NCBI GenBank assembly: GCA_021790425.1
Contig: JAJYEA010000004.1
Coordinates: 13,227 to 77,226 of the forward strand
Length of the DNA stretch: 64,000 nucleotides
Direction of reading: 5' to 3'
Source: Thermoplasmata archaeon
GTDB lineage: Archaea; Thermoplasmatota; Thermoplasmata; Lutacidiplasmatales; UBA184
Positions 20,825-29,881 of this stretch are shown one piece after another. The first letter of the stretch is position 1. Each line of letters opens with the position of its first letter. The notes beneath the pieces are model-generated. The model had not been told where the DNA came from. It saw only the letters and a list, made by a program, of their open reading frames with translations, and ran no database searches. A program made the translations under genes and the position numbers.

Positions 20825-21670
20825 TCAGGGCGGCAACCGCTCGAGCAGCGCGCGGGCCATGCGTGCCGCGGAACCCTCCGAGCACGTCAGGTAGAGGAGC
20901 GGTTCGATCAGCTCGACCTCCATGATCCGCAACCCCTTCCGCGCGTCGGGCACCATGTCGACGCGAGCGTAGAGGGTCGGACCCGGGCAGACCTCGAGCA
21001 CCCGGAGCGCGAGGTCGCGTTCCTCGGGTGTCGGCTCGTGAGGGGTTCCCTCGGCCAACAGAGAATCGCGGGTCAGCTGCGGCGTCCGCAGCACCGCGTG
21101 GGAGAACGTGCCCCCGAAATGGACGAGCGAGCGCTCGCCCGGCCCCTCCACCTCGGGGAGGTAGGGTTGGAGGAGCGCCTCGCTCTGGCCGAGGACCTCC
21201 CCGAGACACGCTTGGGCCCTCTCCGGAGAACGGCCGTCGAGGAGATACGTCCGGCGAGCCCCCGCCCCGACGGCGGGCTTCAACACCGCCCGGTCCCATC
21301 CTTCTCTCGCCATCACCTGGATCACCGACGCCCCCTCGGTCAGCATCACGGTCGGAGTGACCGGGATCCCCTGGGCCTCGAGGTCCTTGAGGTAGGACTT
21401 GTGGCTGTTCCACCGGATCACCGGCGCGGGGTTCCAAAGGCGCGAGACCCGGTCCACGCGCTGGACCCAGTCGAGGAACTCCGGGTAGCGCCACGTGTAG
21501 TCCCACGTCGATCGCACCACCACGCTGTCGAAGGACGCCCAGTCCACGGTGGGGTCGGTCCAGACAGCGGCGCTCACCACGTGGCCCGCCGTCTCGAGCG
21601 CGGCGCGCAGGAGCTGGTCGTCGGGAGAGAGGTGAGGCAGTTCCTCGGAAGTGGCCAGGGCGATGTGCAT
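20825..21670 (-). CDS. ATP-grasp ligase (RimK/glutathione-synthase-like, DcsG-like subfamily)
   Basis: VVRSTWDY, WNSHKSYL, VLKPAVGAGA, LLQPYL, GERSL, YARVDMV, IMEVELIEPLLY. Confidence 0.85.
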   Translation of the reverse strand: MHIALATSEELPHLSPDDQLLRAALETAGHVVSAAVWTDPTVDWASFDSVVVRSTWDYTWRYPEFLDWVQRVDRVSRLWNPAPVIRWNSHKSYLKDLEAQGIPVTPTVMLTEGASVIQVMAREGWDRAVLKPAVGAGARRTYLLDGRSPERAQACLGEVLGQSEALLQPYLPEVEGPGERSLVHFGGTFSHAVLRTPQLTRDSLLAEGTPHEPTPEERDLALRVLEVCPGPTLYARVDMVPDARKGLRIMEVELIEPLLYLTCSEGSAARMARALLERLPP

Positions 21671-21756
21671 CGTTCCGGCGCAAGAGGTGCGCGCTCTTCA
21701 GTTGTCGGGTGCGCCGACGGTCAATGCCTTAACGGGGAGCCCCTTGGGCTCCCCTC

Positions 21757-22584
21757 GTGGCGAAGACCTCCGGTTCCCGGAAACCCGTGAAGGCCCGGCG
21801 ACCCTCGCTGCGGAAGATCAATCCGCGGGTCATCCGCGGGTTCACCCGGGGGAGTTCCGCCTACGAGCGGGCGCGTCCGGGCTACCCGGATGCCGCCCGG
21901 GCGTTCGTCACCCGCACGTTCACGCTGGGCCCAGAGAAGACCGTGGTGGAGATCGGTGCGGGCACGGGCAAGTGGACCCGGCAGCTCGTGCTCACCGGCG
22001 CCCAGGTAGTTGCCGTCGAACCGCTCGCGGCCATGCGCCGGCAGCTCCGGCAGGCCGTTCCGGGGGTCAAGGTGGTGCCGCGCCGGGGCGAGGAGACCCG
22101 GTTGCCGGATGCCTCCGTGGACCTCGTGACCATCGCCCAGGCCATGCACTGGCTCGATGGACCGCGCGCCCTGGAAGAGTTCCGCCGGATCCTCCGCCCG
22201 GGAGGCGGTGTGGCGGTGGTCTACAACGAGCGGAGGGAGCAGGGGGTGCGGGGGGAGCGCCTCCGCTCGCTCCTCAACCGCTACCGGCCGCGCCAGTACC
22301 GGGAGTATTCCTCGGGGCGTTGGAAGTGGGCGTTCCGGGAGGATCCCGCGTTCGAGCCGCTCCGGCTCTTCCGGTTCCAGAACCGGCAGGTCCTCGATCG
22401 CGAGGGGATGTTGGACCGGTACCGGAGCCTCAGCTTCGTCTCCGCCCTGCCGGAACGGCGGCGCGAGACGTTCTTCCGTCAGCTAGGGATCCTGCTCGAC
22501 GAGGAGGCCGCCCGTACGCGGAGCGACTCCTTCACCATCCATTACCGGGGAAAGATCTTCTGGACGCGGTTGAAGGCTGGATAG
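21757..22584 (+). CDS. Class I SAM-dependent methyltransferase
   Basis: YERARPGYP, VVEIGAGTGKWT, AVEP, DLVTIAQAMHW. Confidence 0.88.
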   Translation: MAKTSGSRKPVKARRPSLRKINPRVIRGFTRGSSAYERARPGYPDAARAFVTRTFTLGPEKTVVEIGAGTGKWTRQLVLTGAQVVAVEPLAAMRRQLRQAVPGVKVVPRRGEETRLPDASVDLVTIAQAMHWLDGPRALEEFRRILRPGGGVAVVYNERREQGVRGERLRSLLNRYRPRQYREYSSGRWKWAFREDPAFEPLRLFRFQNRQVLDREGMLDRYRSLSFVSALPERRRETFFRQLGILLDEEAARTRSDSFTIHYRGKIFWTRLKAG

Positions 22585-22690
22585 CTACCCATCAGGGCAG
22601 TGCCACCAGCTCCTCCGTGGTGTCTCTCACACGCGGCGCGGAAAGATGGTGGGTCAGCACTCCGCTCGGCGTCAACGGAAAGGGTGAGAT

Positions 22691-23014
22691 TCAATCCCTG
22701 CCGTGGGCGAGCGAACGGCGGATGGCCGGAAGGTCGTGCTCCACGACCTCCCAGACCTCTTCGGGTTGCACGCGCCCGTAGTGGTGTAGGGCGAGGTCCC
22801 GAAACCGCGCCATCTCTCGCCACGGCACCTCGGGGTAGTGGCGACGGGTGCCTTCGGAGGTGCCCTTGGCGGCCTCCCCGATGACCTCCAAGTTGCGGAC
22901 GACCGCGTCTTGGATCACCTCAGAGGCGAGGAAGACCTCCTATCCCTCCCTGGTCGCCCTGGCAATGCGGTCGATCCGTTCGAGGATGTCCGAGATCTTC
23001 GGTGTATCCGTCAC
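22691..23014 (-). pseudogene. HepT/DUF86 HEPN RNase toxin with internal amber stop
   Basis: GTG 23014 gives MTDTPKISDILERIDRIARATREG*EVFLASEVIQDAVVRNLEVIGEAAK...RDLALHHY (Rx4H). TAG at 22940-22942. Confidence 0.8.
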
Positions 23015-23271
23015 AGGTCGAGCGTCTCGAACAGCACTTGGGGCCGAATGAGCCAGTGGATTCCCTGGTCCGCCACGACGTCCACTCTCCTTCCTAACAG
23101 ACTCTCCAGATCGTCGATGAGTCCGGCCCTGGCCAAGGCAGACACGCCCGGTCGAGGATGCATGAGCAGGTCCACGGACCGCGTCTTCGGGTCGAGTGGA
23201 GGGCGCACGCTCATGATTCCGTGCTCATGGCCCCGGGCCCCGTGCGGGGTCCTTTCCAGTCGAGAGGCCAA
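23011..23271 (-). pseudogene. MntA-type minimal nucleotidyltransferase antitoxin, disrupted
   Basis: C-terminal half is typical (VDLL...GLIDDLESLLGRRVDVV...IRPQV). The FGS motif is missing on the coding strand but present (RVFGS) on the opposite strand at 23180-23194. Confidence 0.7.
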
Positions 23272-23272
23272 G

Positions 23273-23278
23273 TTTAAA
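23273..23278. promoter_or_regulatory. Palindromic TATA-like box TTTAAA between the mntA remnant and recQ
   Basis: The only AT-rich hexamer in this divergent intergenic stretch. Confidence 0.45.
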
Positions 23279-23314
23279 CCCTCACCCCCCTCTTGACCGC
23301 CGGAGCGTGGGGGC

Positions 23315-24904
23315 GTGGAGGGTACGGTAGAGGACGCCCTGCAACGCTACTTCGGCTTTGCCGAGTTCCGCCCGCACCAGCGGGAGATAGTGCAGGCGGT
23401 GCTCTCCGGGAAGTCCGCGCTGGGAGTCCTTCCCACTTCCGCGGGCAAGTCCATCTGCTACCAGTTGCCGGCCCTCCTCCTCCCCGGGAAGACCCTGGTG
23501 ATCTCCCCCCTCATCTCCCTGATGCGGGACCAGGTCACCGCCCTCGAGCGGCACGGGATCCCGGCCGTCTCCATCACGAGCCACGACCCCCCCGAGGTGG
23601 TGGAGGCCAAGATCGAGACCATCCGCCGGAGCGAGCGCCTGATCGTCTACGCCGCCCCCGAGCGTCTCTGGCAGCGGGAGTTCCTCGATGCGTGCCGCCA
23701 CACCCGCTGGAGCCTCCTCGCGATCGACGAGGCCCACTGCATCTCCCAGTGGGGCCATGACTTCCGTCCCCACTACCGGCTCATCCCCTACTTCCGGGAG
23801 ACCATCGGGTCGCCCCCGGTCCTCGCGCTGACCGCGACCGCCACCCAGCTCGTGCAGGAGGACATTGCAGCGGAACTCCAGGTGCCCCTGGAGCGTTTCA
23901 TCGCCCCGATGGACCGGCCCAACATCGGCTTCGGCGTGGTCCTGCTCCCGGATGAGGCCGACCGGCGTTCCTGGGTGAGCGGTTTCCTCCGGCTGATCGA
24001 AGGGCCCGTGATCGCCTACACCTCCTCCCGACGGGAGGCGGAGGAGTGGGCCTGGTATCTCGCCGAACAGGGGGAGTCGACGGTCGCCTACCACGCGGGC
24101 ATGGACCCGGAGCTCCGCACGCAGGCCCAGGAGGCGTTCATGGAGGGCCAGGTCCGCATCGTCGTCGCGACGAGCGCCTTCGGCATGGGGATCGACAAGC
24201 GGAACGTGCGGGCGATCCTGCACCTCGGCGTGCCGGACTCGATCGAGGCCTACGTCCAGGAAGCCGGCCGCGCCGGCCGGGACGGCGAGCCCGCCCTCGC
24301 GATCGCCGCTATCGTCCTGCGGCCCGACGTCCAGCAGCGCGCCCATCTCCTGCGGTTGAGCGAGGTCGATGAGGAGTGGGCCCGGGCGAAGCTCGAGACC
24401 GCCCGCACCGTCGCTCCGGGCACCCCCTGGCACATGGCCGCCTACGCCCTGGAGGAGGAGCGCGCCCGCATCCTCGTCACCCACCTGGCGGAACGCCGCC
24501 TCCTCGAACCCCATCATGGCAGGGATCCCTGGCACACGGTGACGCTGACCCGTCCCGTGACGTCCGAGGACGTGGACGCCGTGCTCGAGTCCCTCCGCGG
24601 ATGGCGCGCGGCCCGTCACGAGAACTTCGAGCGCATGCAGGCCTATCTCACCACGAGCGGATGCCGTCGCCGGGCGTTGCTCTCCCACTTCGGCCAGTCC
24701 ATCGAGATCCACCCCCGCCCGTGCTGCGACACCTGCCACGGGCACTGGTGGTCGTCGCCCACCGGGGCACCTCCCCCGGCCCCTGTCCACATCCCGGAGT
24801 CCGAGCGGGGTCAGTTCTGCCCCAAGCACGGGACGCTCCTTGTTCCGACCGCGGGCGGCCCTCCGCACTGCCGCGTCTGCCACCGCGAGGCGGCCGGGGG
24901 ATAG
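23315..24904 (+). CDS. recQ: RecQ-family ATP-dependent DNA helicase with extra C-terminal zinc ribbon
   Basis: LPTSAGKSICYQLPA, IDEAHCISQWGHDFRP, LTATA, ATSAFGMGIDK, YVQEAGRAGRDG, CRR...CCDTC; tail CPKH...CRVC. Confidence 0.92.
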   Translation: MEGTVEDALQRYFGFAEFRPHQREIVQAVLSGKSALGVLPTSAGKSICYQLPALLLPGKTLVISPLISLMRDQVTALERHGIPAVSITSHDPPEVVEAKIETIRRSERLIVYAAPERLWQREFLDACRHTRWSLLAIDEAHCISQWGHDFRPHYRLIPYFRETIGSPPVLALTATATQLVQEDIAAELQVPLERFIAPMDRPNIGFGVVLLPDEADRRSWVSGFLRLIEGPVIAYTSSRREAEEWAWYLAEQGESTVAYHAGMDPELRTQAQEAFMEGQVRIVVATSAFGMGIDKRNVRAILHLGVPDSIEAYVQEAGRAGRDGEPALAIAAIVLRPDVQQRAHLLRLSEVDEEWARAKLETARTVAPGTPWHMAAYALEEERARILVTHLAERRLLEPHHGRDPWHTVTLTRPVTSEDVDAVLESLRGWRAARHENFERMQAYLTTSGCRRRALLSHFGQSIEIHPRPCCDTCHGHWWSSPTGAPPPAPVHIPESERGQFCPKHGTLLVPTAGGPPHCRVCHREAAGG

Positions 24905-24908
24905 GGGC

Positions 24909-26255
24909 GTGCCGGCGCGACCCCGGGGCAGCACGCGTCGCCGGGAGGGGGAGCACGTCTACCCCTCGAAGCCGGAGCCCGCCACGGTCTACGAGGGGAG
25001 GCTCTTCCACCGCGGGCGCCTCGTCGAGGCGGAGATGGGCGTGGATGACGACGGGAAGATCGTCGCGGTGGCGAAGCAGCTCCGCGGCGGTCGCCGCATC
25101 CATCTCGGTGAGTCGATATTGCTCCCCTCCTCCATCGACCTGCACGTCCACTTCCGCGACCCCGGACCGCCGGGAGAGGTCGAGGACCTCGCCTCCGGGA
25201 CGGTGCAGGCCGCCCTGGGCGGGATCGGCGCGGTCGTCGACATGCCGAACACCATACCTCCCTTGACCACGGTGGAGCGCCTCGAGGAGAAGGGGGACCG
25301 GATCGCCTCCCGCGCGTGGGTGGACGTCCTCCCCTACGCCGCGCTCATCCCGGGCGTGGATGTCCCGGGCCTGGCCCGGGTCGCCGCCGGGTTCAAGCTC
25401 TTCATGGGCCCGACGACGGGGGACCTCGTCACCCCGGCCGATGAGGAGCGCCGCGCGCTCCTCGAGTCGGTGGCCCGCACCGGGCTCCCGGTCCATGTCC
25501 ACGCGGAGGACGCGGCGCTCTTCGGCCACGGCCATCCCCCGCAGGACACCGACACGTGGGACCAGGCCCGTCCGATGTCCTCCGAGCTCTCGGCGATCCG
25601 GTCGCTCCGGGACCATCCGCGGTCGCTCCGTCTCCACATCTGCCACGCGACCTCCCCCGAGGCGGTGGTCGCGGCCCGCGAGATCGGGGCCAGCACCGAG
25701 GCCACGCCCCACCACCTCCTCCTCGCCGCCTCCCAGTTCGGGAACACCCAGCAGAAGGTGAACCCCCCGCTCCGCCCCGAGCGGGTGCGCCAGGCGCTCT
25801 GGGAGGAGTTCCAGAAGGGGCGGGTGCCGATGCTCGCGAGCGACCATGCGCCCCATGCGCTCGCGCGCAAGAGCCTCCCCTTCCCGGACGCACCGTCCGG
25901 GCTGCCCGGCGTGGAGGTGATGCTCCCGCTGCTCCTCGAGCAGGTGCGTCGGGGGTCGCTCGAGCTCGCCACCCTCGTGCAGGTGAGCGCCCGGCGGCCC
26001 GCCCTCTTTCTGGGCGTTCCGCGGGGGAGCCTCGCCCCGGGGAACGAGGCCGACTTCCTGGTGGTGGACTTCCGGGCCCGGAGGAAGATCGAGGCGAGGT
26101 CCCTCCACGCCCCCTGCGGGTGGACCCCGTACGAGGGCCGGGAGGCGGTCTTCCCCCAGGAGCACTATCTCCGGGGAGAACGGATCGTGGAGGGTGGGGA
26201 GTTCGTGCCCGGCCGGCGCGCCCGCCGGCTCCTCCCCCGTCCCCCCGGGACCTAA
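24909..26255 (+). CDS. pyrC: Dihydroorotase (amidohydrolase/cyclic amidohydrolase family)
   Basis: DLHVHFRDPG, DMPNTIPP, FKLFM, HVHAED, HICH, KVNPPLR, ASDHAPH. Start uncertain (GTG 24909). Allantoinase-like specificity is not excluded. Confidence 0.72.
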   Translation: MPARPRGSTRRREGEHVYPSKPEPATVYEGRLFHRGRLVEAEMGVDDDGKIVAVAKQLRGGRRIHLGESILLPSSIDLHVHFRDPGPPGEVEDLASGTVQAALGGIGAVVDMPNTIPPLTTVERLEEKGDRIASRAWVDVLPYAALIPGVDVPGLARVAAGFKLFMGPTTGDLVTPADEERRALLESVARTGLPVHVHAEDAALFGHGHPPQDTDTWDQARPMSSELSAIRSLRDHPRSLRLHICHATSPEAVVAAREIGASTEATPHHLLLAASQFGNTQQKVNPPLRPERVRQALWEEFQKGRVPMLASDHAPHALARKSLPFPDAPSGLPGVEVMLPLLLEQVRRGSLELATLVQVSARRPALFLGVPRGSLAPGNEADFLVVDFRARRKIEARSLHAPCGWTPYEGREAVFPQEHYLRGERIVEGGEFVPGRRARRLLPRPPGT

Positions 26256-26264
26256 GGGGGCTCC

Positions 26265-27365
26265 CTAATTCCGCCGGCCGGAGGCTCCACCGGAGCGACG
26301 CGTTCGGGCGGCCCGGGTGGTGGCGGAAGGGGAGCGCGGCGCCCGACGGGACGGAGGTAGGCCGGACTTCATCCGGTCGATCGCCTCGACCGGCACGGGG
26401 TCTACGCCCGTGGCCGCCGCCTCGAAGAGGCTCGCGTAGTCGCCCGTCCACGTCCCCTCCAAGAGCTCGGTCAGGGGGTCCTTGGCGGTGAGCCGGAGGG
26501 GGAGAGGTTCGTTCCCCCGCTGGCGCATCATCTCCGACAAGTAGGAGAGCCGGTCCTCCACGAGGACGTCCTCCGAGGCGCCCGACAGGAGGATCACCCG
26601 CTTGGCCGCCGCGTCGGCGGGCGGTATCCGGTCCCAGCCTACGATGGCATTGTGCATCGCCTCGGGCAAGGTGTCGAAGTGGGCCAGGCGCTTCGCGTTC
26701 TCCGAGGCCTGGGTCACCCAGCGCCGCCCGACGGGCGCGAGCCGCTCCGGCACGTAGACCCAGAGCTCGCCGGCCCCCCACGCGGTCGCGGCCCGCGAGG
26801 CGGGCCCGCCCGGGACCTTGAGCCGCGGTCGGAGCGCCTTGAGCCGCACGACCGTGCGCGCCATCTGCCGCGCCCCGTCGGGGAAGATTGGCAGGAGGAT
26901 CCCGTAGAGCGCTCCGAAGAGGTAGCCGAGGGCCGCCCGAGGTGGGAGCCCCGACGGGATCCGGACCGAGGGATAACCATGGGTCTCGGCCAGCTCGAGG
27001 AGCTTCCCGCCGGAGGTGACCACCACCCGCTCGAGCCCCCGCGCGGAGGTCTCCTCGAAGGCCCGGACGGTCTCCTCGGTGTTCCCCGAGTAGGAGACGA
27101 AGATGGCGACGGAGCCCTTCCCCCCCCAAGAGGGGAGGCGGGTCGAGCGGACCGGGACGATCGGGCGCGCGCCGACCTGCGCCGCCAGCGAGGCGAGGAG
27201 GTCGCCCGCGATGGCGCTCCCCCCCATCCCCACGGTGACCGCGGCCATCGAGCCTTCCGGGTGGAATCCTACCCTCCGGGCGCGGGACATCCCCTCGACC
27301 AGATGGCTCGGGAAGGCGTCGACGAGGCGGGTCATCTCGGCGATCCCATCGATAGGGTCGGTCAT
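26265..27365 (-). CDS. Bifunctional phosphoglucose/phosphomannose isomerase (SIS domains)
   Basis: MTDPIDG start; GMGGSAIAGD, VSYSGNTEET, VTSGGKL, PPRAALGY, SENAK, PEAMHNAIVGW. Confidence 0.85.
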   Translation of the reverse strand: MTDPIDGIAEMTRLVDAFPSHLVEGMSRARRVGFHPEGSMAAVTVGMGGSAIAGDLLASLAAQVGARPIVPVRSTRLPSWGGKGSVAIFVSYSGNTEETVRAFEETSARGLERVVVTSGGKLLELAETHGYPSVRIPSGLPPRAALGYLFGALYGILLPIFPDGARQMARTVVRLKALRPRLKVPGGPASRAATAWGAGELWVYVPERLAPVGRRWVTQASENAKRLAHFDTLPEAMHNAIVGWDRIPPADAAAKRVILLSGASEDVLVEDRLSYLSEMMRQRGNEPLPLRLTAKDPLTELLEGTWTGDYASLFEAAATGVDPVPVEAIDRMKSGLPPSRRAPRSPSATTRAARTRRSGGASGRRN

Positions 27366-27420
27366 GAGCGGTGGTTCCCGGGCACCGGAGCGCGATGCCC
27401 GCCGGCCAAGGGCCCCGGAG

Positions 27421-27427
27421 TATAAAT
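27421..27427. promoter_or_regulatory. TATA box (TATAAAT) between divergent PGI/PMI and M61 genes
   Basis: Canonical TATA in a GC-rich divergent intergenic region. Confidence 0.55.
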
Positions 27428-27482
27428 GGGGCGTTGGCAACGGCTCAAGTAGTCGTGCCCCCTCCCCCGCGAGGGAAGCACC

Positions 27483-29261
27483 ATGCCCCTGAGCGTTCGT
27501 TACGTCGTGGAGCCCCAGGAACTCACCGCCCACAAGCTCCACGTCCGGATCGAGGTCGCCGGGGTGGAGAAGGCGCGGGAGCAGCTGGACTTCGTGATGC
27601 CGGTCTGGAGCCCGGGCTCGTACTCGATCCACGAGAACGCCCGCGCGATCCGCGGGGCCGAGGCCCGGAACGGGACTGGCGACGCCCTCCCCGTCACGAA
27701 GGTGAGCAAGAACCGCTGGCGCGTCGTGCCCGGTGGGATCGACCAGATGGTCTTCTCCTACACGGTCTACGGCCACGAGTCCACGAGCCAGGGGCTGGAT
27801 GTCACCACCGACCACATCCACCTCAACGCGGCCCATGCCCTCTGCTACGTGGACGGCACCCTCACCCAGCCCGTCGAGGTCACGATCCATCCCCCCGACG
27901 ACTGGAAGGTCTTCACGGAGCTCTCGGAGATCGGGCGGAACCCTCCGCGCTACCGGGCGAAGGACTTCGACGAGCTCGTCGACTCCCCCGTCGAGGTGGG
28001 GCGCCCCGCCGAGTTCACGATCCAGCCCGCGGGGGTCCCCCACCGGATCCTCTTCTGCGGGCCGGTCACGGATATCCCGGCCCACCAGGTCCAGGAGGAC
28101 CTCGCCAAGGTAGTCGAGGCGACCAAGCAGCTCTTCGGTCTCCTGCCCGTGAGCCACTACACCTTCTTCTACCATCTCGCCGAGAAGTGGGACGGCGGGC
28201 TCGAGCACGCCACCTCCACGTCGATCGTGATGCCGCACGACATCTTCCGGCCCCGGAAGTCCTACGACGAGTTCCTGGAGGTCTCGAGCCACGAGTACTT
28301 CCACCTCTTCAACGTCAAGCGCATCCGCCCGAAGGTCCTGGGTCCCTTCGACTACACCCAGGAGAACTACACGCACCTCCTCTGGCTCATGGAGGGGGGG
28401 ACGGAGTACTACGGGAACCTCCTCCTGCGACGGTCGGGGCTCAAGACACCGAAGAAGTACCTCGACCTCATCGCGAAGCGGGTGAAGGACCTCCGGGCCA
28501 TCCCGGGCCGCCTCGCGCAGAGCCTGGAGGAATCGAGCTTCGACTCCTGGATCGATCTCTACAAGCCGTGGGAGCAGAGCCGGAACGCCTCCGTCTCGTA
28601 CTACCTCAAGGGGGAGCTCGTCACGCTCTGCCTCGACCTCGAGATCCGTGCTCGGAGCGGGAACGCGAAGAGCTTCGACGACGTGATGCGCCACCTCTGG
28701 CGGGAATACGGCGCGAAAGGGATCGGGATGGCGGAGAACACCCTGCCGGCCGAGATCGAGCAGGCCACGGGGGTCGACGTCACGGACCTCTTCCGCGACT
28801 ACGTCAGCGGGAAGGCGGAGCTCGACCTTCCGCGCCACCTCGCCCTCGCCGGCCTCGAGCTCGCCCCCGAGGAGAAGCCGGAGGGCAAGGAGGACGAGGA
28901 GGGCCCGAGCGCCTGGCTCGGCGTCGAGACCGAGAACTTTGACGGGTTGCCCCGGATCCGCTCGGTGCTGGACGGCTCGCCGGCCCTCCGGGCCGGGCTC
29001 TCCCCCGGGGACATCCTGGTGGCCCTCGGCGGGATGCGGCTCCCGGCCGCCAAGATGGGCGACGTGATGAAGCGGTTCGAGCCCGGAGAGGAGGCGACCG
29101 TGACCTTCTTCCGCCAGGGGCGCCTCCGCAGCGTCGAGGCGAAGCTCGGGAAGCCGCCGCCCGAGAAATGGGCCTTCAAGCCGAAAGCGAACCCCACGGA
29201 GCTGGAGAAGAAGATCCTCGAGAGCTGGCTCCAGTGCTCCTGGGACGACCTCCCGAAGTGA
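27483..29261 (+). CDS. M61 family (glycyl) aminopeptidase with C-terminal PDZ domain
   Basis: MPVWSPGSY, GGLEH, SHEYFHLFNVKRIRP, WLMEGGTEYY, YYLKG, PDZ (GSPALRAGLSPGD). Confidence 0.92.
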   Translation: MPLSVRYVVEPQELTAHKLHVRIEVAGVEKAREQLDFVMPVWSPGSYSIHENARAIRGAEARNGTGDALPVTKVSKNRWRVVPGGIDQMVFSYTVYGHESTSQGLDVTTDHIHLNAAHALCYVDGTLTQPVEVTIHPPDDWKVFTELSEIGRNPPRYRAKDFDELVDSPVEVGRPAEFTIQPAGVPHRILFCGPVTDIPAHQVQEDLAKVVEATKQLFGLLPVSHYTFFYHLAEKWDGGLEHATSTSIVMPHDIFRPRKSYDEFLEVSSHEYFHLFNVKRIRPKVLGPFDYTQENYTHLLWLMEGGTEYYGNLLLRRSGLKTPKKYLDLIAKRVKDLRAIPGRLAQSLEESSFDSWIDLYKPWEQSRNASVSYYLKGELVTLCLDLEIRARSGNAKSFDDVMRHLWREYGAKGIGMAENTLPAEIEQATGVDVTDLFRDYVSGKAELDLPRHLALAGLELAPEEKPEGKEDEEGPSAWLGVETENFDGLPRIRSVLDGSPALRAGLSPGDILVALGGMRLPAAKMGDVMKRFEPGEEATVTFFRQGRLRSVEAKLGKPPPEKWAFKPKANPTELEKKILESWLQCSWDDLPK

Positions 29262-29881
29262 TGTCCATGGCACCGCGTTCCTCGGGCAAGGCCCGCCGCG
29301 GCAAGGAGGAGGCGGACGAGGCTCCCGTCGTGATAGGACTCACGGGGGCGAGCGGCGCCCCCATCGCGCTCCGCGTGCTGGAGGGGCTCCACGCCGCCCG
29401 GGTCCCCGTCGAGCTCATCGCCTCGGAGAGCGGGGCCCTCGTGCTGAAGGAGGAGTGCGGGAAGTCCGTCGAGGACCTCCGTCCCCTCGTCCGGGCCATC
29501 CACGGGGAGAAGGACTTCATGTCCCGGGTGGCGAGCGGGTCGACGCCCACGCGCGGCATGGCGATCGTCCCCTGCTCCTCGAACACGCTCGCGAAGATCG
29601 CCCACGGCATGGGAGACACCCTCGTGACGCGCGCCGCCCACGTCCACCTCAAGGAGCGCCGTCCCCTGGTCCTCGTCCCGCGGGAGACCCCTCTCTCGAT
29701 CTTCACCCTCCGCAACATGGCCGCGGTCACCGAGGCCGGGGCGTTCCTCCTCATCGCCTCTCCCCCGTACTACCTCAAGGACCGGTCGTTGGAGGCCCAG
29801 GTGGGCTACCTGGCGGGGAAGGTGCTCGACCACCTCGGAGTGACGCACTCCCTCTACCGGGGGTGGAAGGCCGACGAATGA
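29261..29881 (+). CDS. ubiX: Flavin prenyltransferase
   Basis: IGLTGASGA, VASGS, PCSSNTLAKIAHG, RAAHVHLKERRPLVLVPRETP, PPYY. Confidence 0.9.
   Translation: MSMAPRSSGKARRGKEEADEAPVVIGLTGASGAPIALRVLEGLHAARVPVELIASESGALVLKEECGKSVEDLRPLVRAIHGEKDFMSRVASGSTPTRGMAIVPCSSNTLAKIAHGMGDTLVTRAAHVHLKERRPLVLVPRETPLSIFTLRNMAAVTEAGAFLLIASPPYYLKDRSLEAQVGYLAGKVLDHLGVTHSLYRGWKADE

Noticed and set aside
20825-21670. ArgX/LysX assignment for the ATP-grasp gene
   Set aside because: The sequence lacks LysX-type features, no lysW-like carrier is present, and argJ/argB already supply the acetyl route.
22940-22942. Pyrrolysine or stop-codon recoding at the HepT amber codon
   Set aside because: TAG terminates many normal genes here (recQ, guaAA, amt, kdpA, kdpC, dph5), no pyl genes are in the window, and the partner antitoxin is also broken.
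26265-29273. 1002-aa ORF suggesting a large fusion with PGI/PMI
   Set aside because: The first 636 codons are antisense to the M61 gene; the real protein starts at ATG 27365.
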